DNA of 64,000 bases from Parcubacteria group bacterium Gr01-1014_38 (GCA_007376145.1 VMFP01000004.1:6988-70987); one strand, 5' to 3'; numbered from the stretch's first letter, positions 18,635 through 28,834 are shown. The notes: generated by a model from the letters alone, not told the origin. Translations and numbers: made by a program.

Positions 18635-20101
18635 CTACCCGCGAACAAGCCCCCGTGCCACCGAATCAATGGTGCCGGCGCCGGTAAGCAACAACACATC
18701 GTCCGGACGCGCCTGCTGTCGGAGCAGTGCTTCAACCTCCGGAAGCGTCGCCGCATAGTGTGCCTCGGTTCCCAGCGCGCGAAGCTCGTCCACCCAGCCT
18801 CTGGTCGTGACACGAAGTGCCGCATCCTCCCGGCCCGCAACGTCGTAGACTTCGGCAAGCAGGACCGCGTCGAACAGCGCCAGGGCCTTCACGAATTCGG
18901 CGTGGAAGACAGCGGTCCGCGCCCGGTGGTGCGGCTGGAAAACCATGACCAGGCGTCGCTTTGGATACCGCTGGCGCGCGGCTTGGGCGAGCGCGCGGAG
19001 TTCCGTGGGATGGTGTGCGTAATCCGAAATGACCGGAGCCCCGTTGAGATCTCCGACTCTTTCAAATCGCCGCCAGATGCCACGGAATTGCTCGAGGGCG
19101 CGACGGACATCCTCCGGCGACACGTGAAACGGAAACGTCGCGGCAATGGCCCCTGTCGCGTTCAACACCACATGCCGGCCCGGAACCGGGAGCGCGAAGA
19201 TGCCCCAGTCTGTTCCGTGCACGGTGAGACGAAACGTTTGCCGGCCATTCTCAACTATGGGTTCAGAAGCGTGGACATCAGCGTCTCGCATATCTTCCCC
19301 AACGCCGTACGTGACGAGCTGAATTCCAGGCGGGACATGCGCGCGAAGTACGAGTGCTGCAGGATCCGCGGCGGACAACACCACGGTGCCGCCTGGGCCA
19401 ACGCGCCGGAGAAAGTCCACAAACGCCGCGGAGTACTCGGCAACCGTCGGGTAGGAATCCACGTGGTCGTGATCGAGCGAGGTCACCAGCGCGACCGTCG
19501 GCGCGAGATACAAGAAATGTCCCTGGTACTCATCGGCCTCCACGACGGCGAGGTCAGACTGCCCAAGGCGAAAATTGCCTACTGCCCGCTGCCTGTTTCC
19601 TGTTGCCTGCTCCCACTGCGGAACCAAGCTGCCGACAACCACTGTGGGATCATGTTTTGCCGCTTCCAGAATAAGCCCGGCGATGGCGGTGGTCGTGGAT
19701 TTTCCATGCGACCCGGCAATGGCCACCGTCCGCAGCGGCTTTGTCAGTTCTCCTAAGAGTTCAGCATACGAACGTTCTTGAATACCACGGGTCTGCGCAG
19801 CAGCACGAATTGGATGATCCGTCGGAACCGCATCAGAGTACATGAGCAGTCCGGTGTCGGCCGGGCAGTCCTTGACCTCGCCGATGTCCACGCGGATGCC
19901 AGTGCGGGCCAGCGCCTCCGTCACGGGAGATGCCTCGCGGTCAGTGCCCGCGACCGTCCATCCTTGTGTGTGCAGCCACTGCGCCGCCGCGGAAGCTCCA
20001 ATGCCTCCGATCCCGACGATGTAGGCGTGCCGGACTTGCTTACCCTGGTCCTGCACGGAATTCCGGTGAGCCTGTGATTGCTCCAGACGCTCGGTCCCCA
20101 T
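18635..20101 (-). CDS. murC: UDP-N-acetylmuramate--L-alanine ligase
   Basis: GIGGIGASA, GSHGKSTTT, VEADEY, DHDHVD, DYAHHPTE, FQPH. Confidence 0.96.
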   Translation of the reverse strand: MGTERLEQSQAHRNSVQDQGKQVRHAYIVGIGGIGASAAAQWLHTQGWTVAGTDREASPVTEALARTGIRVDIGEVKDCPADTGLLMYSDAVPTDHPIRAAAQTRGIQERSYAELLGELTKPLRTVAIAGSHGKSTTTAIAGLILEAAKHDPTVVVGSLVPQWEQATGNRQRAVGNFRLGQSDLAVVEADEYQGHFLYLAPTVALVTSLDHDHVDSYPTVAEYSAAFVDFLRRVGPGGTVVLSAADPAALVLRAHVPPGIQLVTYGVGEDMRDADVHASEPIVENGRQTFRLTVHGTDWGIFALPVPGRHVVLNATGAIAATFPFHVSPEDVRRALEQFRGIWRRFERVGDLNGAPVISDYAHHPTELRALAQAARQRYPKRRLVMVFQPHHRARTAVFHAEFVKALALFDAVLLAEVYDVAGREDAALRVTTRGWVDELRALGTEAHYAATLPEVEALLRQQARPDDVLLLTGAGTIDSVARGLVRG

Positions 20102-20128
20102 GGGTGGCTGAGCGTAGCAGGAAGCTCG

Positions 20129-21313
20129 TCAGCTCGCGAGTACCTGTCGCGGCACTCGGCCGCGCGTCATTTCAACGAGGATGGTGGCAAGGTCTTCCGC
20201 GGCTGTCGGCCGGTGGAGGAGTCGCACCCGCTCGGCCATGACGTGGAGATCTTGCGGGTTCGTGAGGAGGCGCTTGATGGTCGAATAAAAGACCGACGGG
20301 GTGAGGTTACTTTCGTCGAGGACGACCGCGGCCCCCTGCTCGCGGAAGAAGTAGGCGTTTTCCCACTGGTGCTGTTGCGCCGCCTCGCGGAGGGGGATGA
20401 GTACGGACGGCTTTCCTGCGGCGGCAATTTCCGCAAGAGTCGTTCCGCCTGCCCGGCTAATGACGATATCCGCCGCGGCGAACGAGCGTGCCATGTCCTG
20501 CTCGGGAAGGAACCCGACCACGTGGTAGTCCTCGACGCCGGGAAACTGCCGAAGATCCTTCAGGGTGAAATCCCGGATCGCCGCGAGGTTCTGTTCCCCG
20601 ACTTGATGGAGGATTTGAACCTCGGGGAGGAGCCGCGTGAGGTTGGTCAGGAGGACCGTGTTGATCCGCTGGGCGCCCTGACTCCCGCCCGTGACGAAGA
20701 GCACCGGTTTCCGACCGTGCAATCCTAATCGCTGCCGGGCGACATCCGAAGATTCCAGCTGCCGAAACGCCGGGCGAAGCGGCGTGCCGACCGCGAGCGC
20801 CTTTCCCGCGGGGAACGCGTTCTCTGCTTCCCGAAACCCGACCGCAATGGCCGACGCGAAGCGGGCAAAGCGCCGGTTCACGAGGCCCGGCACGATGTCG
20901 GTTTCGTGGATGAGAATCGGAATGCGGTACACCCACGCCGCGAGCATGACGGGAACCGCACCATAGCCGCCTTTACTGAAGACCACGTCCGGCATGATGA
21001 AGAAGAGCGTCCAGAGCGCGCGGAACAGTCCGACCGGCAAGCGAAACGTGAGGTCAATGACGGTCAGCGGTGCTCCGGAGAGGTACCGTCGGATCTTCCC
21101 GGACGGGACGTGGCGGTACGGAATGCCTGCAGCCTCCAGGGCCGTCCGGTCTGTCTCGGTGACGACGCCGACGTACACGAGCTCGAGCGGAGGATCGTCC
21201 GGTTCGAAATCCGGCAGCGTGCCGCGCGCCTCCCATTCCCGTAAGACTCCGCTGATCGCAAGAAGCGGCGTCAGATGGCCCCCGCTCCCACCGCCAGTGA
21301 GAACAACCCGCAT
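20129..21313 (-). CDS. murG: Undecaprenyl-PP-MurNAc-pentapeptide GlcNAc transferase
   Basis: TGGGSGGH, KGGYG, GGSQGA, SRAGG, HQWENA. Confidence 0.96.
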   Translation of the reverse strand: MRVVLTGGGSGGHLTPLLAISGVLREWEARGTLPDFEPDDPPLELVYVGVVTETDRTALEAAGIPYRHVPSGKIRRYLSGAPLTVIDLTFRLPVGLFRALWTLFFIMPDVVFSKGGYGAVPVMLAAWVYRIPILIHETDIVPGLVNRRFARFASAIAVGFREAENAFPAGKALAVGTPLRPAFRQLESSDVARQRLGLHGRKPVLFVTGGSQGAQRINTVLLTNLTRLLPEVQILHQVGEQNLAAIRDFTLKDLRQFPGVEDYHVVGFLPEQDMARSFAAADIVISRAGGTTLAEIAAAGKPSVLIPLREAAQQHQWENAYFFREQGAAVVLDESNLTPSVFYSTIKRLLTNPQDLHVMAERVRLLHRPTAAEDLATILVEMTRGRVPRQVLAS

Positions 21314-21386
21314 GACGTTCAGCGTACTGCGGAGTCCTCTGCGGGTACAGCCGGGCGGAAGAAACGCGAGATTTCTTCCACCCGGA

Positions 21387-22481
21387 TTACTGATGCGCGT
21401 ACTTGGAGATGTTCAGAAGAATCCCGACTCCCGCGAGTGCGACCACCAGTGCGGATCCGCCGTAGGAGATGAGCGGGAGCGGAATGCCGGTCAGGGGAAT
21501 GAGACCGGCGTTCGCCCCCATGTGAACGACGGCCTGCACAAAAAACCAGGAGGTAATGCCCACGGCGACGAGACGCCCGAAAGGATCGGCACAGGTGCGG
21601 GCGATGCGGTACCCCCGGAGAACGATGAACGCATACAGGAGGAGAAAGAGAAGCATCCGAATGAAGCCGAGCTCTTCAGCGGCGATCGCGAAGATGGCAT
21701 CCCCGGCCGGCTCCGGAAGATAGCGGAACTTCTGTCGACTCCGTCCAATCCCGAATCCCCAAAGACCCCCCGAGCCGATCGCGAGGAGAGCCTGTTGCAC
21801 CTGGTAGCCGATACCCTTCGGGTCAGTCTCGGGGCGCAAAAAGGTAATAAGTCGGGCTACCCGGTAGGGCGCGGAGCGGACGAGAACGACGAAGAGCACG
21901 GCAGCAACCATTGCCATGCTGACCAACTGCGAGAGCGGTGCTCCTGCCGCCGCGTAGGTGAGCATCGCGGCAGCGATGATGAGGACGAGCGTTCCGATGT
22001 TGGGCTGCTTGATGAGGAGGACCGCGATGAAACCGACGACCACGACGAAGGGGAGAAGCGTCTCGCGGACGTGCCCTCGGCGCACGTCCCGTCCGGCGAG
22101 GAGCGCCGCCAGGTACAGAATGAGGGCGAGCTTGGCGAGTTCGGCGGGCTGGATCGTGACTGGCCCGAGGCGGACCCACCGCGCGGCACCGCTGGAGGCG
22201 GTTTGAAAAGGGGGAATGAACACCAACACGAGCAGGACGATCACGACGAGGAGGAAGGGAATCACAATCTTGCGGAGAAACCGGTAGGGAATGTTCATCA
22301 TGACCAAAAGCGCCCCAAGCCCCGGGAGTACGCCGAAGATGATTTGGTGTTTCGCGAACGTGTACGGGTCGCCGGTCAAGTCAATGCCCAGCACGCTACT
22401 CGCGGAGGCCAGGAGGAGAATACCGAATGCCGTGACGGCAAGAACGGCGAGGAGAAGCAGGAGGTCGGGGTGTGCGCGCAT
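21387..22481 (-). CDS. ftsW: SEDS peptidoglycan polymerase FtsW
   Basis: GAARW, QPAELAK, GYQVQQA, AEELG, PLTGIPLPLISYGGS. Confidence 0.93.
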   Translation of the reverse strand: MRAHPDLLLLLAVLAVTAFGILLLASASSVLGIDLTGDPYTFAKHQIIFGVLPGLGALLVMMNIPYRFLRKIVIPFLLVVIVLLVLVFIPPFQTASSGAARWVRLGPVTIQPAELAKLALILYLAALLAGRDVRRGHVRETLLPFVVVVGFIAVLLIKQPNIGTLVLIIAAAMLTYAAAGAPLSQLVSMAMVAAVLFVVLVRSAPYRVARLITFLRPETDPKGIGYQVQQALLAIGSGGLWGFGIGRSRQKFRYLPEPAGDAIFAIAAEELGFIRMLLFLLLYAFIVLRGYRIARTCADPFGRLVAVGITSWFFVQAVVHMGANAGLIPLTGIPLPLISYGGSALVVALAGVGILLNISKYAHQ

Positions 22482-22495
22482 GCGCGGACGTGGTC

Positions 22496-23905
22496 TTATC
22501 CTAGCGCGTGAACGGCAGCACGGAATTGATCGCCGCGGTCAAACTCGTCTCGGAAGAGCTCAAAAGACGCGGCTCCGGGAGAAAGCAGGATGACATCGCC
22601 GGGCCGGGAGACTGTCCACGCCTGCTCGACGGCAGCAGACATCGTGCGAACTGCAGGAGACTCGTTTCGCAGTGGGATGTTTCCCAGCGCCGACCGGATT
22701 TTTTCAGTTGCGGACCCTTCGAGAAAAACGATCGCACGGAGATTGTCTGCGGACTGGAGGGCTCCCGCCAGGCTGCGAAAATCGAGATTCTTATCCGTTC
22801 CTCCGGCAATGAGGACGACACGCTGTGTGGGGAAGGCGTTGAGCGCCGCGATAACCGCTTCCGGGATGGTCGCCGCCGTGTCGTTTACAAAGGTCCGGCC
22901 GCTGACCGCGCCGATAATCTCAAGTCGGTTGGGAAGCCCGCGGAACGTTCGAAGGACTTCACGGACATCGGTTGGCGAGGCTCCCATCTCCAGCGCGAGC
23001 AGGGCACCCGCCAGCAGATTTCGCTTCGAGTGTTCCCCCACTCCACACAGATCCTCCCATGGAAGAAATAACTCATCGAGCTCCGGTGTGCGCCGAAGCA
23101 CAGAGTTCCCGACACGGAATAAGCCTGTGGTGTACTCATCCGTCTGCTCGGCAACACCAAACCAGACGACCCGCGCTGCTGTCTTCTTGGCAAACTTCTG
23201 TCCCCACGGATCATCTGCGGGGAGAATTGCCACGTCGTCTGCACGCTGATGCGTCACGATGGTCTCCTTCGCGGCGACATACGCTTCGAACGAGGGGTAC
23301 CGGTTCAGGTGGTCGGGGAGTATGCAGGTGAGGAGTGCCCAGTGCGGACTCATCCCAAAGGGTTCGAGTCCTTCGAGTTGCCAGCTCGAGAGTTCCAGCA
23401 CCACGGGCGTGTCCGGACGAATGCGCTCGAGGTCCGCCAGTGGCGATCGGCCGATATTCCCAGCGATGACGGTCTCCGGCCGAGCTCGACGGAGGATCTC
23501 ACCCGCGACCGCAACGGTCGTCGATTTCCCTCGCGTCCCGGTCACGCCGGCGATCGGCGCGGGGCAGAACTGGAAGAAGAGCGTGCTGTCCATGACCACG
23601 GGGATGCCACTCTCCGCGGCGATCTTCAGGAACGGGGACTCGAGAGGTACGGCAGGATTACGGACCACGAGATCGGCAGAGCGGAAATCGTCGGGTCGGT
23701 GTTGCCCAAGTATGTACGTCACCGGAAGGTCACGGAGTTCAGCGAGAGACGCCTGCAACTCCACGTCCGATTCTTGGTCCGTGACGACGACGTGCGCTCC
23801 CTGATGGACGAGCCACTTCACGACTTCCAAGCCCCCGCCTTTGGTACCAAGCCCCATGACCAAAACCCTCTTCCCTCGCACTGCGGCGGGAGACGACGGC
23901 AACAT
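22496..23905 (-). CDS. murD: UDP-N-acetylmuramoyl-L-alanine--D-glutamate ligase
   Basis: GVTGTRGKST, GNIG, ELSSWQL, DHLNRY, LLSPGAASF, RGDQF; ATG overlaps the mraY stop. Confidence 0.95.
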   Translation of the reverse strand: MLPSSPAAVRGKRVLVMGLGTKGGGLEVVKWLVHQGAHVVVTDQESDVELQASLAELRDLPVTYILGQHRPDDFRSADLVVRNPAVPLESPFLKIAAESGIPVVMDSTLFFQFCPAPIAGVTGTRGKSTTVAVAGEILRRARPETVIAGNIGRSPLADLERIRPDTPVVLELSSWQLEGLEPFGMSPHWALLTCILPDHLNRYPSFEAYVAAKETIVTHQRADDVAILPADDPWGQKFAKKTAARVVWFGVAEQTDEYTTGLFRVGNSVLRRTPELDELFLPWEDLCGVGEHSKRNLLAGALLALEMGASPTDVREVLRTFRGLPNRLEIIGAVSGRTFVNDTAATIPEAVIAALNAFPTQRVVLIAGGTDKNLDFRSLAGALQSADNLRAIVFLEGSATEKIRSALGNIPLRNESPAVRTMSAAVEQAWTVSRPGDVILLSPGAASFELFRDEFDRGDQFRAAVHALG

Positions 23906-24972
23906 TAGAACTTCCCTGCCCCCAGGATGCCGAGGATGGTCCCGAGCGAAGCAGACACGGCAGCGAGAATCCAAAACCGCATCGTGACTTTCGTCTCCGG
24001 CCAGCCGGTTGCTTCGAAGTGGTGATGGATCGGAGTACTCAAAAAGACTTTCTTCCCACGGAGTTTCTTGGCGGCAACCTGGATAATGACAGAGAGGGAT
24101 TCGACGACGAGTGGAAAGGCAATGATCGGGAGTACGAGCGCGGAGTTCGTGAGCATCGCCATGATGCCGAGCGTGACCCCGAGACTCATGGAGCCGGTAT
24201 CACCCATGAAGAATCGTGCGGGGTACACGTTGAACCACAAAAACGCGAGGAGTGCACCGATGATCACTGCGCAGAACGCCGCGAGGTCCGTGAGCCCTTT
24301 CGTGAACGCGATCGCGGCGTAGGCGCCGAAGCAAAAGAGGAGGATGCCGCCGGCGAGCCCGTCGAGTCCGTCGGCCTCGTTGACCGAAAACGCCGTGGCG
24401 ACGACCACGAGAATGAAGAGGGGGATGTACCACCCGCCGATGACGAAATCGCCGAACGCGGGAACATGGATGCGGTCCCAGCCGAGCTTCACGAAGAACC
24501 ACCAGGCCCCGATGCTCGCAATGGCGGCGTAGAGGAAGAGGCGGTGGCGCATCCGTAAGCCACCACCGAAGGGAGAAATGCGCCGGACATCCCAGTAGTC
24601 GTCGACGAGACCGACCACGGCAGAGGCAATGAGTGCCGCCAGCGGCAGGACGGTTTCGCGCCGCGAGAGAAACGAGAGAAAATTCAGAAGCGGAGAGCTC
24701 GTCAGCGTCGCCGAAATAAGCAACCCGAAGGCAAGAAGCCCGGTCGTCGCCCAGATCAGAACGCCGCCGCCCGTCGGCGTTCCCTCTTTCTTCTTGTGGA
24801 GACTCGCGAACACCGGAACGCCGGCCGTGCGAATGCTCTTTGCGAAGCGGTACTTGTACAGCACGTGGGAAAGGAACGGTGTACCGAGCATGGCGATGAC
24901 GAAGGCGAGCGCGCCAAGACCAACCACGCGCGCAGCATCTGCGACTAAGCCGGGATCAGAGAAGCGAATCAT
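23905..24972 (-). CDS. mraY: Phospho-N-acetylmuramoyl-pentapeptide transferase
   Basis: KEGTPTGGG, GLVDD, NEADGLDGL, FMGDTGS, PIHHHFE. Confidence 0.96.
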   Translation of the reverse strand: MIRFSDPGLVADAARVVGLGALAFVIAMLGTPFLSHVLYKYRFAKSIRTAGVPVFASLHKKKEGTPTGGGVLIWATTGLLAFGLLISATLTSSPLLNFLSFLSRRETVLPLAALIASAVVGLVDDYWDVRRISPFGGGLRMRHRLFLYAAIASIGAWWFFVKLGWDRIHVPAFGDFVIGGWYIPLFILVVVATAFSVNEADGLDGLAGGILLFCFGAYAAIAFTKGLTDLAAFCAVIIGALLAFLWFNVYPARFFMGDTGSMSLGVTLGIMAMLTNSALVLPIIAFPLVVESLSVIIQVAAKKLRGKKVFLSTPIHHHFEATGWPETKVTMRFWILAAVSASLGTILGILGAGKF

Positions 24973-25030
24973 ACTCGGGTGGGAACCTTACGCTTCCCCC
25001 TCCGGGATCCCCGTAGGATTCGCGCTGTAT

Positions 25031-25963
25031 TCATTGATTCGACTCCTCCGGCCACTGGTACGCCCAGAACGTCCAATTGAGAAGGTTCTCCACATCCGTG
25101 AACCGGTCGGTACTGCCGAGGATCACGGTAGCCACGAGATGCCCCTCGGACGACTCCGCCATGACGGCGAGATTCTCCCCCGCCGCTTCGGTAAAGCCGG
25201 TCTTCCCTCCGAGGATGTCGGTGCGCACTCCGAGGAGACGGTTTGTGGTGCGGAGCACGTGCGGCTGCCCCGCGCGTGAGGTAATGGTAAGCTCCTCCAT
25301 CCGCAGGAAGGGACCAATGACCGGGTCTTGCCAGGCCACCGTCAGGACTGCCGCCACGTCGGACGCGGTCGAGAAGTGCGTCACGCTGTCGAACCCGGTC
25401 GCATTCACGAAGCGCGTGCGGGTAAGACCGAGCGCACGGGCTGTTTCCTCCATGCGGTCGGCAAACGTCGCTTCATCCCCGCTGACATGTTCTGCCAGCG
25501 CCACGGCCGCATCGTTCGCGGATGTGATGAGGAGCGCCGCGAGGAGATCGCGCACGGTGAAGCGCTCGCCCGCGCGCAGCTCGGCATCTGCGCCACGGCG
25601 CCCGGCGGCGATGGCCCGCGGATGTACCGTAACCTCCGCATCGAAGTCCGCGTGCCGGAGGACCGTGAGTGCGGTAAGAATTTTCGTGAGGCTTGCGACG
25701 GACCGAATAGCCGATGGTTCCCGAGCAGCGAGGACCCGCCCCGACTCGACGTCGACCACGATGAATGATACGGCGTGGAGCACCGGACCCAACGTCTCTT
25801 GGATAGGGCGGGGGCCGTCACCGGATGTCCGGGCTGCTTCGGCGAGGAGAACGCGACCTTCGGGAGCAAATTCACTCAAGACACGCCCCGGGTCATCGAG
25901 CCGCTCTGGCGGGGGCGCATTGAGAAACAGCGCGATGATGGCGGTGAGAAGATGCGCGAGCAT
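25031..25963 (-). CDS. D-alanyl-D-alanine carboxypeptidase (peptidase S11)
   Basis: SxxK (ASLTK), SxN (SAN) and KTG motifs; signal peptide. Confidence 0.92.
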   Translation of the reverse strand: MLAHLLTAIIALFLNAPPPERLDDPGRVLSEFAPEGRVLLAEAARTSGDGPRPIQETLGPVLHAVSFIVVDVESGRVLAAREPSAIRSVASLTKILTALTVLRHADFDAEVTVHPRAIAAGRRGADAELRAGERFTVRDLLAALLITSANDAAVALAEHVSGDEATFADRMEETARALGLTRTRFVNATGFDSVTHFSTASDVAAVLTVAWQDPVIGPFLRMEELTITSRAGQPHVLRTTNRLLGVRTDILGGKTGFTEAAGENLAVMAESSEGHLVATVILGSTDRFTDVENLLNWTFWAYQWPEESNQ

Positions 25964-26002
25964 GATGACGACGATGCGGAAGAGGCGCCGGGTGGCGGAG
26001 GA

Positions 26003-26572
26003 CTACGTCGGGGATCCGGGAGCGGACGATCCGTCTGCCGCTTCGGTAAGCGTCGTCATACCGGCGTGCGCATGGAGCTGCGCGTAGTCGGGAAGCTCGT
26101 CCACCGCAGTCACCCCGAGATGTCGGAGGAACTCCGCGCTCACCTGGTACACGAACGAGCGCCGATCCTTCGGGTGGGGCTCACGGGTGACCAGCCCGCG
26201 GAGCGCTAAGAGTCGCAAGGTGAAGGAGGAATTCACGCCCCGGATCGCCTCAATGCCGGCGCGACTGATGGGGCCCCGGTAGGCAATGAGAGCGAGCGTT
26301 TCGGCTGCCGCTGGCGTCAGCCGCTCCCGAATGCTGTGAGTGACAAATGCCTCGACTGCTTCGTGTGCCTCGGGGACGGTCACGAGCTGAACGCCTTCGG
26401 GAGAGCGAAGGAGACGAATGCCGGTGGCCGTGGCCTCGTACCGCTTCTCGAGGGCGGTCAGCGCACCGCGAAGGCCTTCCTGCGAAACATTGAACGCGCG
26501 CGCCAGCGTGAGCAACGGCACCGGCTCGCCCGCGACAAAAAGCGCTGCTTCGAGTTGCGTCGAGAGTTCCAT
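26003..26572 (-). CDS. scpB: SMC-Scp complex subunit ScpB
   Basis: LEAALF, ETLALIAYRGPISRAGIEAIRGVNS. Confidence 0.95.
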   Translation of the reverse strand: MELSTQLEAALFVAGEPVPLLTLARAFNVSQEGLRGALTALEKRYEATATGIRLLRSPEGVQLVTVPEAHEAVEAFVTHSIRERLTPAAAETLALIAYRGPISRAGIEAIRGVNSSFTLRLLALRGLVTREPHPKDRRSFVYQVSAEFLRHLGVTAVDELPDYAQLHAHAGMTTLTEAADGSSAPGSPT

Positions 26573-26575
26573 ACC

Positions 26576-27328
26576 CTATTCCGCCTGCTCCGTCGGGCGT
26601 GTCACCAGTATATCGTGAAAGGCTTGAGGCTGCTCGACCGCCACGAGACGCTGTTTCACGAGCTCGAGAAGCGCAAGAAAGGACACGATCACGTCCAACT
26701 TTGACGTGGTGGAGGACCGCACGATCTCAAACGTGATCCGCGCGTGCTCGGTCAGCCGCTGCTGGATATCCCGGATCCGCTCTTCGATGGATACCACACG
26801 GCGGAGGACGTCCTGCGGGAGGACGTCGAGCCGCGGCAGATTCTGGAGAACGGTATCCATGGCGGCTCGGAGCGACGGGAGATCAACGTTCGACGGGGGA
26901 TAAAAGGTCACGGTGAGTCCAAGAAAACTCTCGCGCGCGTAGGAAACCAGACCTTGGTTCCACCGCTGGAGAAACGTCCGAGCGGCATCGCGAAACCTCC
27001 GGTACTCGCGCAGTTGCTCTTCCAGCGATGCGATGGATGCCTCCTCTTCTTCGCTCAAGGGAAGCTCCGGGAAAAGCTTTCGGCTCTTTAAGAGCAGGAG
27101 CGTTGCCGCCACCACGAGGAACTCGGCGAGGTGCTCGGGGGGAAGGTCGCTGACGCTGCGCAGACGCGCGAGATACTGGTCCGTTACCGAGGCGAGTGAA
27201 ATGGCGTTCACGTCGAGCTTGCCCTCCTCGATGAGGGACAACAGAAGATCAAGCGGGCCGCTGAAGCCAGGGACCGAGACGGGGTGAAGCGTGTACGGAG
27301 TTTCGGGGTCCGGGAGATCGTGTTCCAT
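26576..27328 (-). CDS. scpA: Segregation/condensation protein A
   Basis: FSGPLDLLLSLI, FLVVAATLLLLKSR, FLALLELVK. Confidence 0.95.
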   Translation of the reverse strand: MEHDLPDPETPYTLHPVSVPGFSGPLDLLLSLIEEGKLDVNAISLASVTDQYLARLRSVSDLPPEHLAEFLVVAATLLLLKSRKLFPELPLSEEEEASIASLEEQLREYRRFRDAARTFLQRWNQGLVSYARESFLGLTVTFYPPSNVDLPSLRAAMDTVLQNLPRLDVLPQDVLRRVVSIEERIRDIQQRLTEHARITFEIVRSSTTSKLDVIVSFLALLELVKQRLVAVEQPQAFHDILVTRPTEQAE

Positions 27329-27547
27329 ACCGAACAGGATACTGCACGTGTGGCGTGGTGACGACTCGGTACCGCATACTCGGATTGTCCCTGCGGTGGA
27401 CGCTCCGGCTCACGCGCGACGCGTTCGCCCAGGCTCCACTCGCACCGCTGCGGAGGATTCTCGAGGCCGCCTCTGGGACATCTCCTCGCCTCCGCTCCTC
27501 TCTCTAAAACCGCAGGCTCGTGAAGAGCGACAGCGGCGGAAGAACCC

Positions 27548-28363
27548 TCACGGCGCACGCCGGACGGGGGCGGCTCCCTCCCACCGGTACTTCCAGAAGT
27601 ACTTCGCTCCGGACGCGATATGGATGCGGGTGATGGGGTGAAAGAGGGCGGAAAGGCCCACCTCCTGCGCGGAGGCGCGCTTGTAGTAGTGCGCGAAACG
27701 GGCGTCCGGAACATACCAGACCTCGAAGCCTTTGTCCCAGAACCGGCGACACCAGTCCATGTCTTCGAAATAGAGAAAGAACCGTCTGTCCATTGTCCCG
27801 ACCTCCGCCATCGCAGACCGACGCACGAGCATGCAGGCTCCTAAGACCCAGTCCACGCGGCGCGCGCTCGTCCGGTCGTAGTCGCGCAACAGGACGTGCC
27901 GCAGGTGTCGGCGACCGAAGGTGAGCAACCCCAGCGGCGTCCGACGGGCGAGAATCGTGAAGGGACTGTAAAAACGAAAACAGGAATCCTGCACGCTCCC
28001 ATTCGGATTGAGAAGTTGACCGGCGAGCACCGCCGCCTGTGGATGGGAATGAGCAAACTCCAGGAGCTGGTCAATCGCCGGCTCCAGCACGATGATGTCG
28101 GGATTGAGAATGAGGAGAAACTCTCCCTGCGCAGCCTCGATCCCCGCATTCACTCCCCGGGCAAATCCGAGGTTCTCCGTCTGCGGGAGAAAACGGATGT
28201 CGGGTACTTCGGTCGCCAACAGCTCCTGACTGTCATCCGGGGAAGCATTGTCCACCACGATAACCTCATACAACGCGTGGGGTGCGCTCCGCCGAATGGA
28301 TTCCACGCACGCCTTCGCCAGCCGACCGGAGCCGTAGTTGACAATAATGATGGAGAGATCCAT
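27548..28363 (-). CDS. Glycosyltransferase family 2
   Basis: LSIIIVNY, VVDNASPD, LNPD, FLYFEDMDWC. Confidence 0.93.
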   Translation of the reverse strand: MDLSIIIVNYGSGRLAKACVESIRRSAPHALYEVIVVDNASPDDSQELLATEVPDIRFLPQTENLGFARGVNAGIEAAQGEFLLILNPDIIVLEPAIDQLLEFAHSHPQAAVLAGQLLNPNGSVQDSCFRFYSPFTILARRTPLGLLTFGRRHLRHVLLRDYDRTSARRVDWVLGACMLVRRSAMAEVGTMDRRFFLYFEDMDWCRRFWDKGFEVWYVPDARFAHYYKRASAQEVGLSALFHPITRIHIASGAKYFWKYRWEGAAPVRRAP

Positions 28364-28366
28364 GAT
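28338..28366 (+). promoter_or_regulatory. Putative sigma70 promoter for the 28436 orphan, overlapping the divergent GT2 start
   Basis: TTGACA-17 bp-CATGAT. Confidence 0.45.
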
Positions 28367-28435
28367 CTGCTCTGCCCTTTACCACAAGACGCCTTGCACG
28401 ACAAGCAAGGCTTCTCCCCCAAGCATGAAAGGAGA

Positions 28436-28786
28436 ATGAGCGTGTACCGGTTTTACGTTTACCGAGCCCACGAACCGCCGGATCCGGATTTCACTTATGC
28501 CTCGCTGTCGAACGTGCCCCCTGAAGAGAGAAGCGAAGATGCCGAGTACTCGTCGGTGGATATCGTTGAGATTCATGAGATCTCCAGAGACGGAAAGGTT
28601 CTCAATGCATTGATGTTTCTCAGCGAGGTCCTGTCCCAAGATCCCGAACATGAAATACTGCGCTTCCTCGAGCGGATCTTCGAGCGCGGCGTTCGCACGG
28701 GAGTTTGCCATGCCGACCGCCTTCGTGGAATTCAGTTCCAGTTTGAACGCGAGGACGCGGATGCGGATGAGGATCAGAGACCATGA
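28436..28786 (+). CDS. Hypothetical acidic protein, counter-oriented orphan
   Basis: GAAAGGAG SD before ATG 28436, with its own terminator. Confidence 0.7.
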   Translation: MSVYRFYVYRAHEPPDPDFTYASLSNVPPEERSEDAEYSSVDIVEIHEISRDGKVLNALMFLSEVLSQDPEHEILRFLERIFERGVRTGVCHADRLRGIQFQFEREDADADEDQRP

Positions 28787-28798
28787 ACAGTCCACATC

Positions 28799-28834
28799 AA
28801 CGGCCTTCCCGTTAGTCCCGGGAAGGCTGTTTTC
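28799..28834 (+). terminator. Intrinsic terminator
   Basis: aacggccttcccg-ttagtcc-cgggaaggctgtt then T-rich. Confidence 0.65.

Noticed and set aside
20994-22511. Long antisense ORFs (for example 20994-22511, 51200-52756, 61075-62622, 7219-8496)
   Set aside because: Shadow frames opposite well-supported genes in high-GC DNA, with R/G/A-rich unstructured translations.
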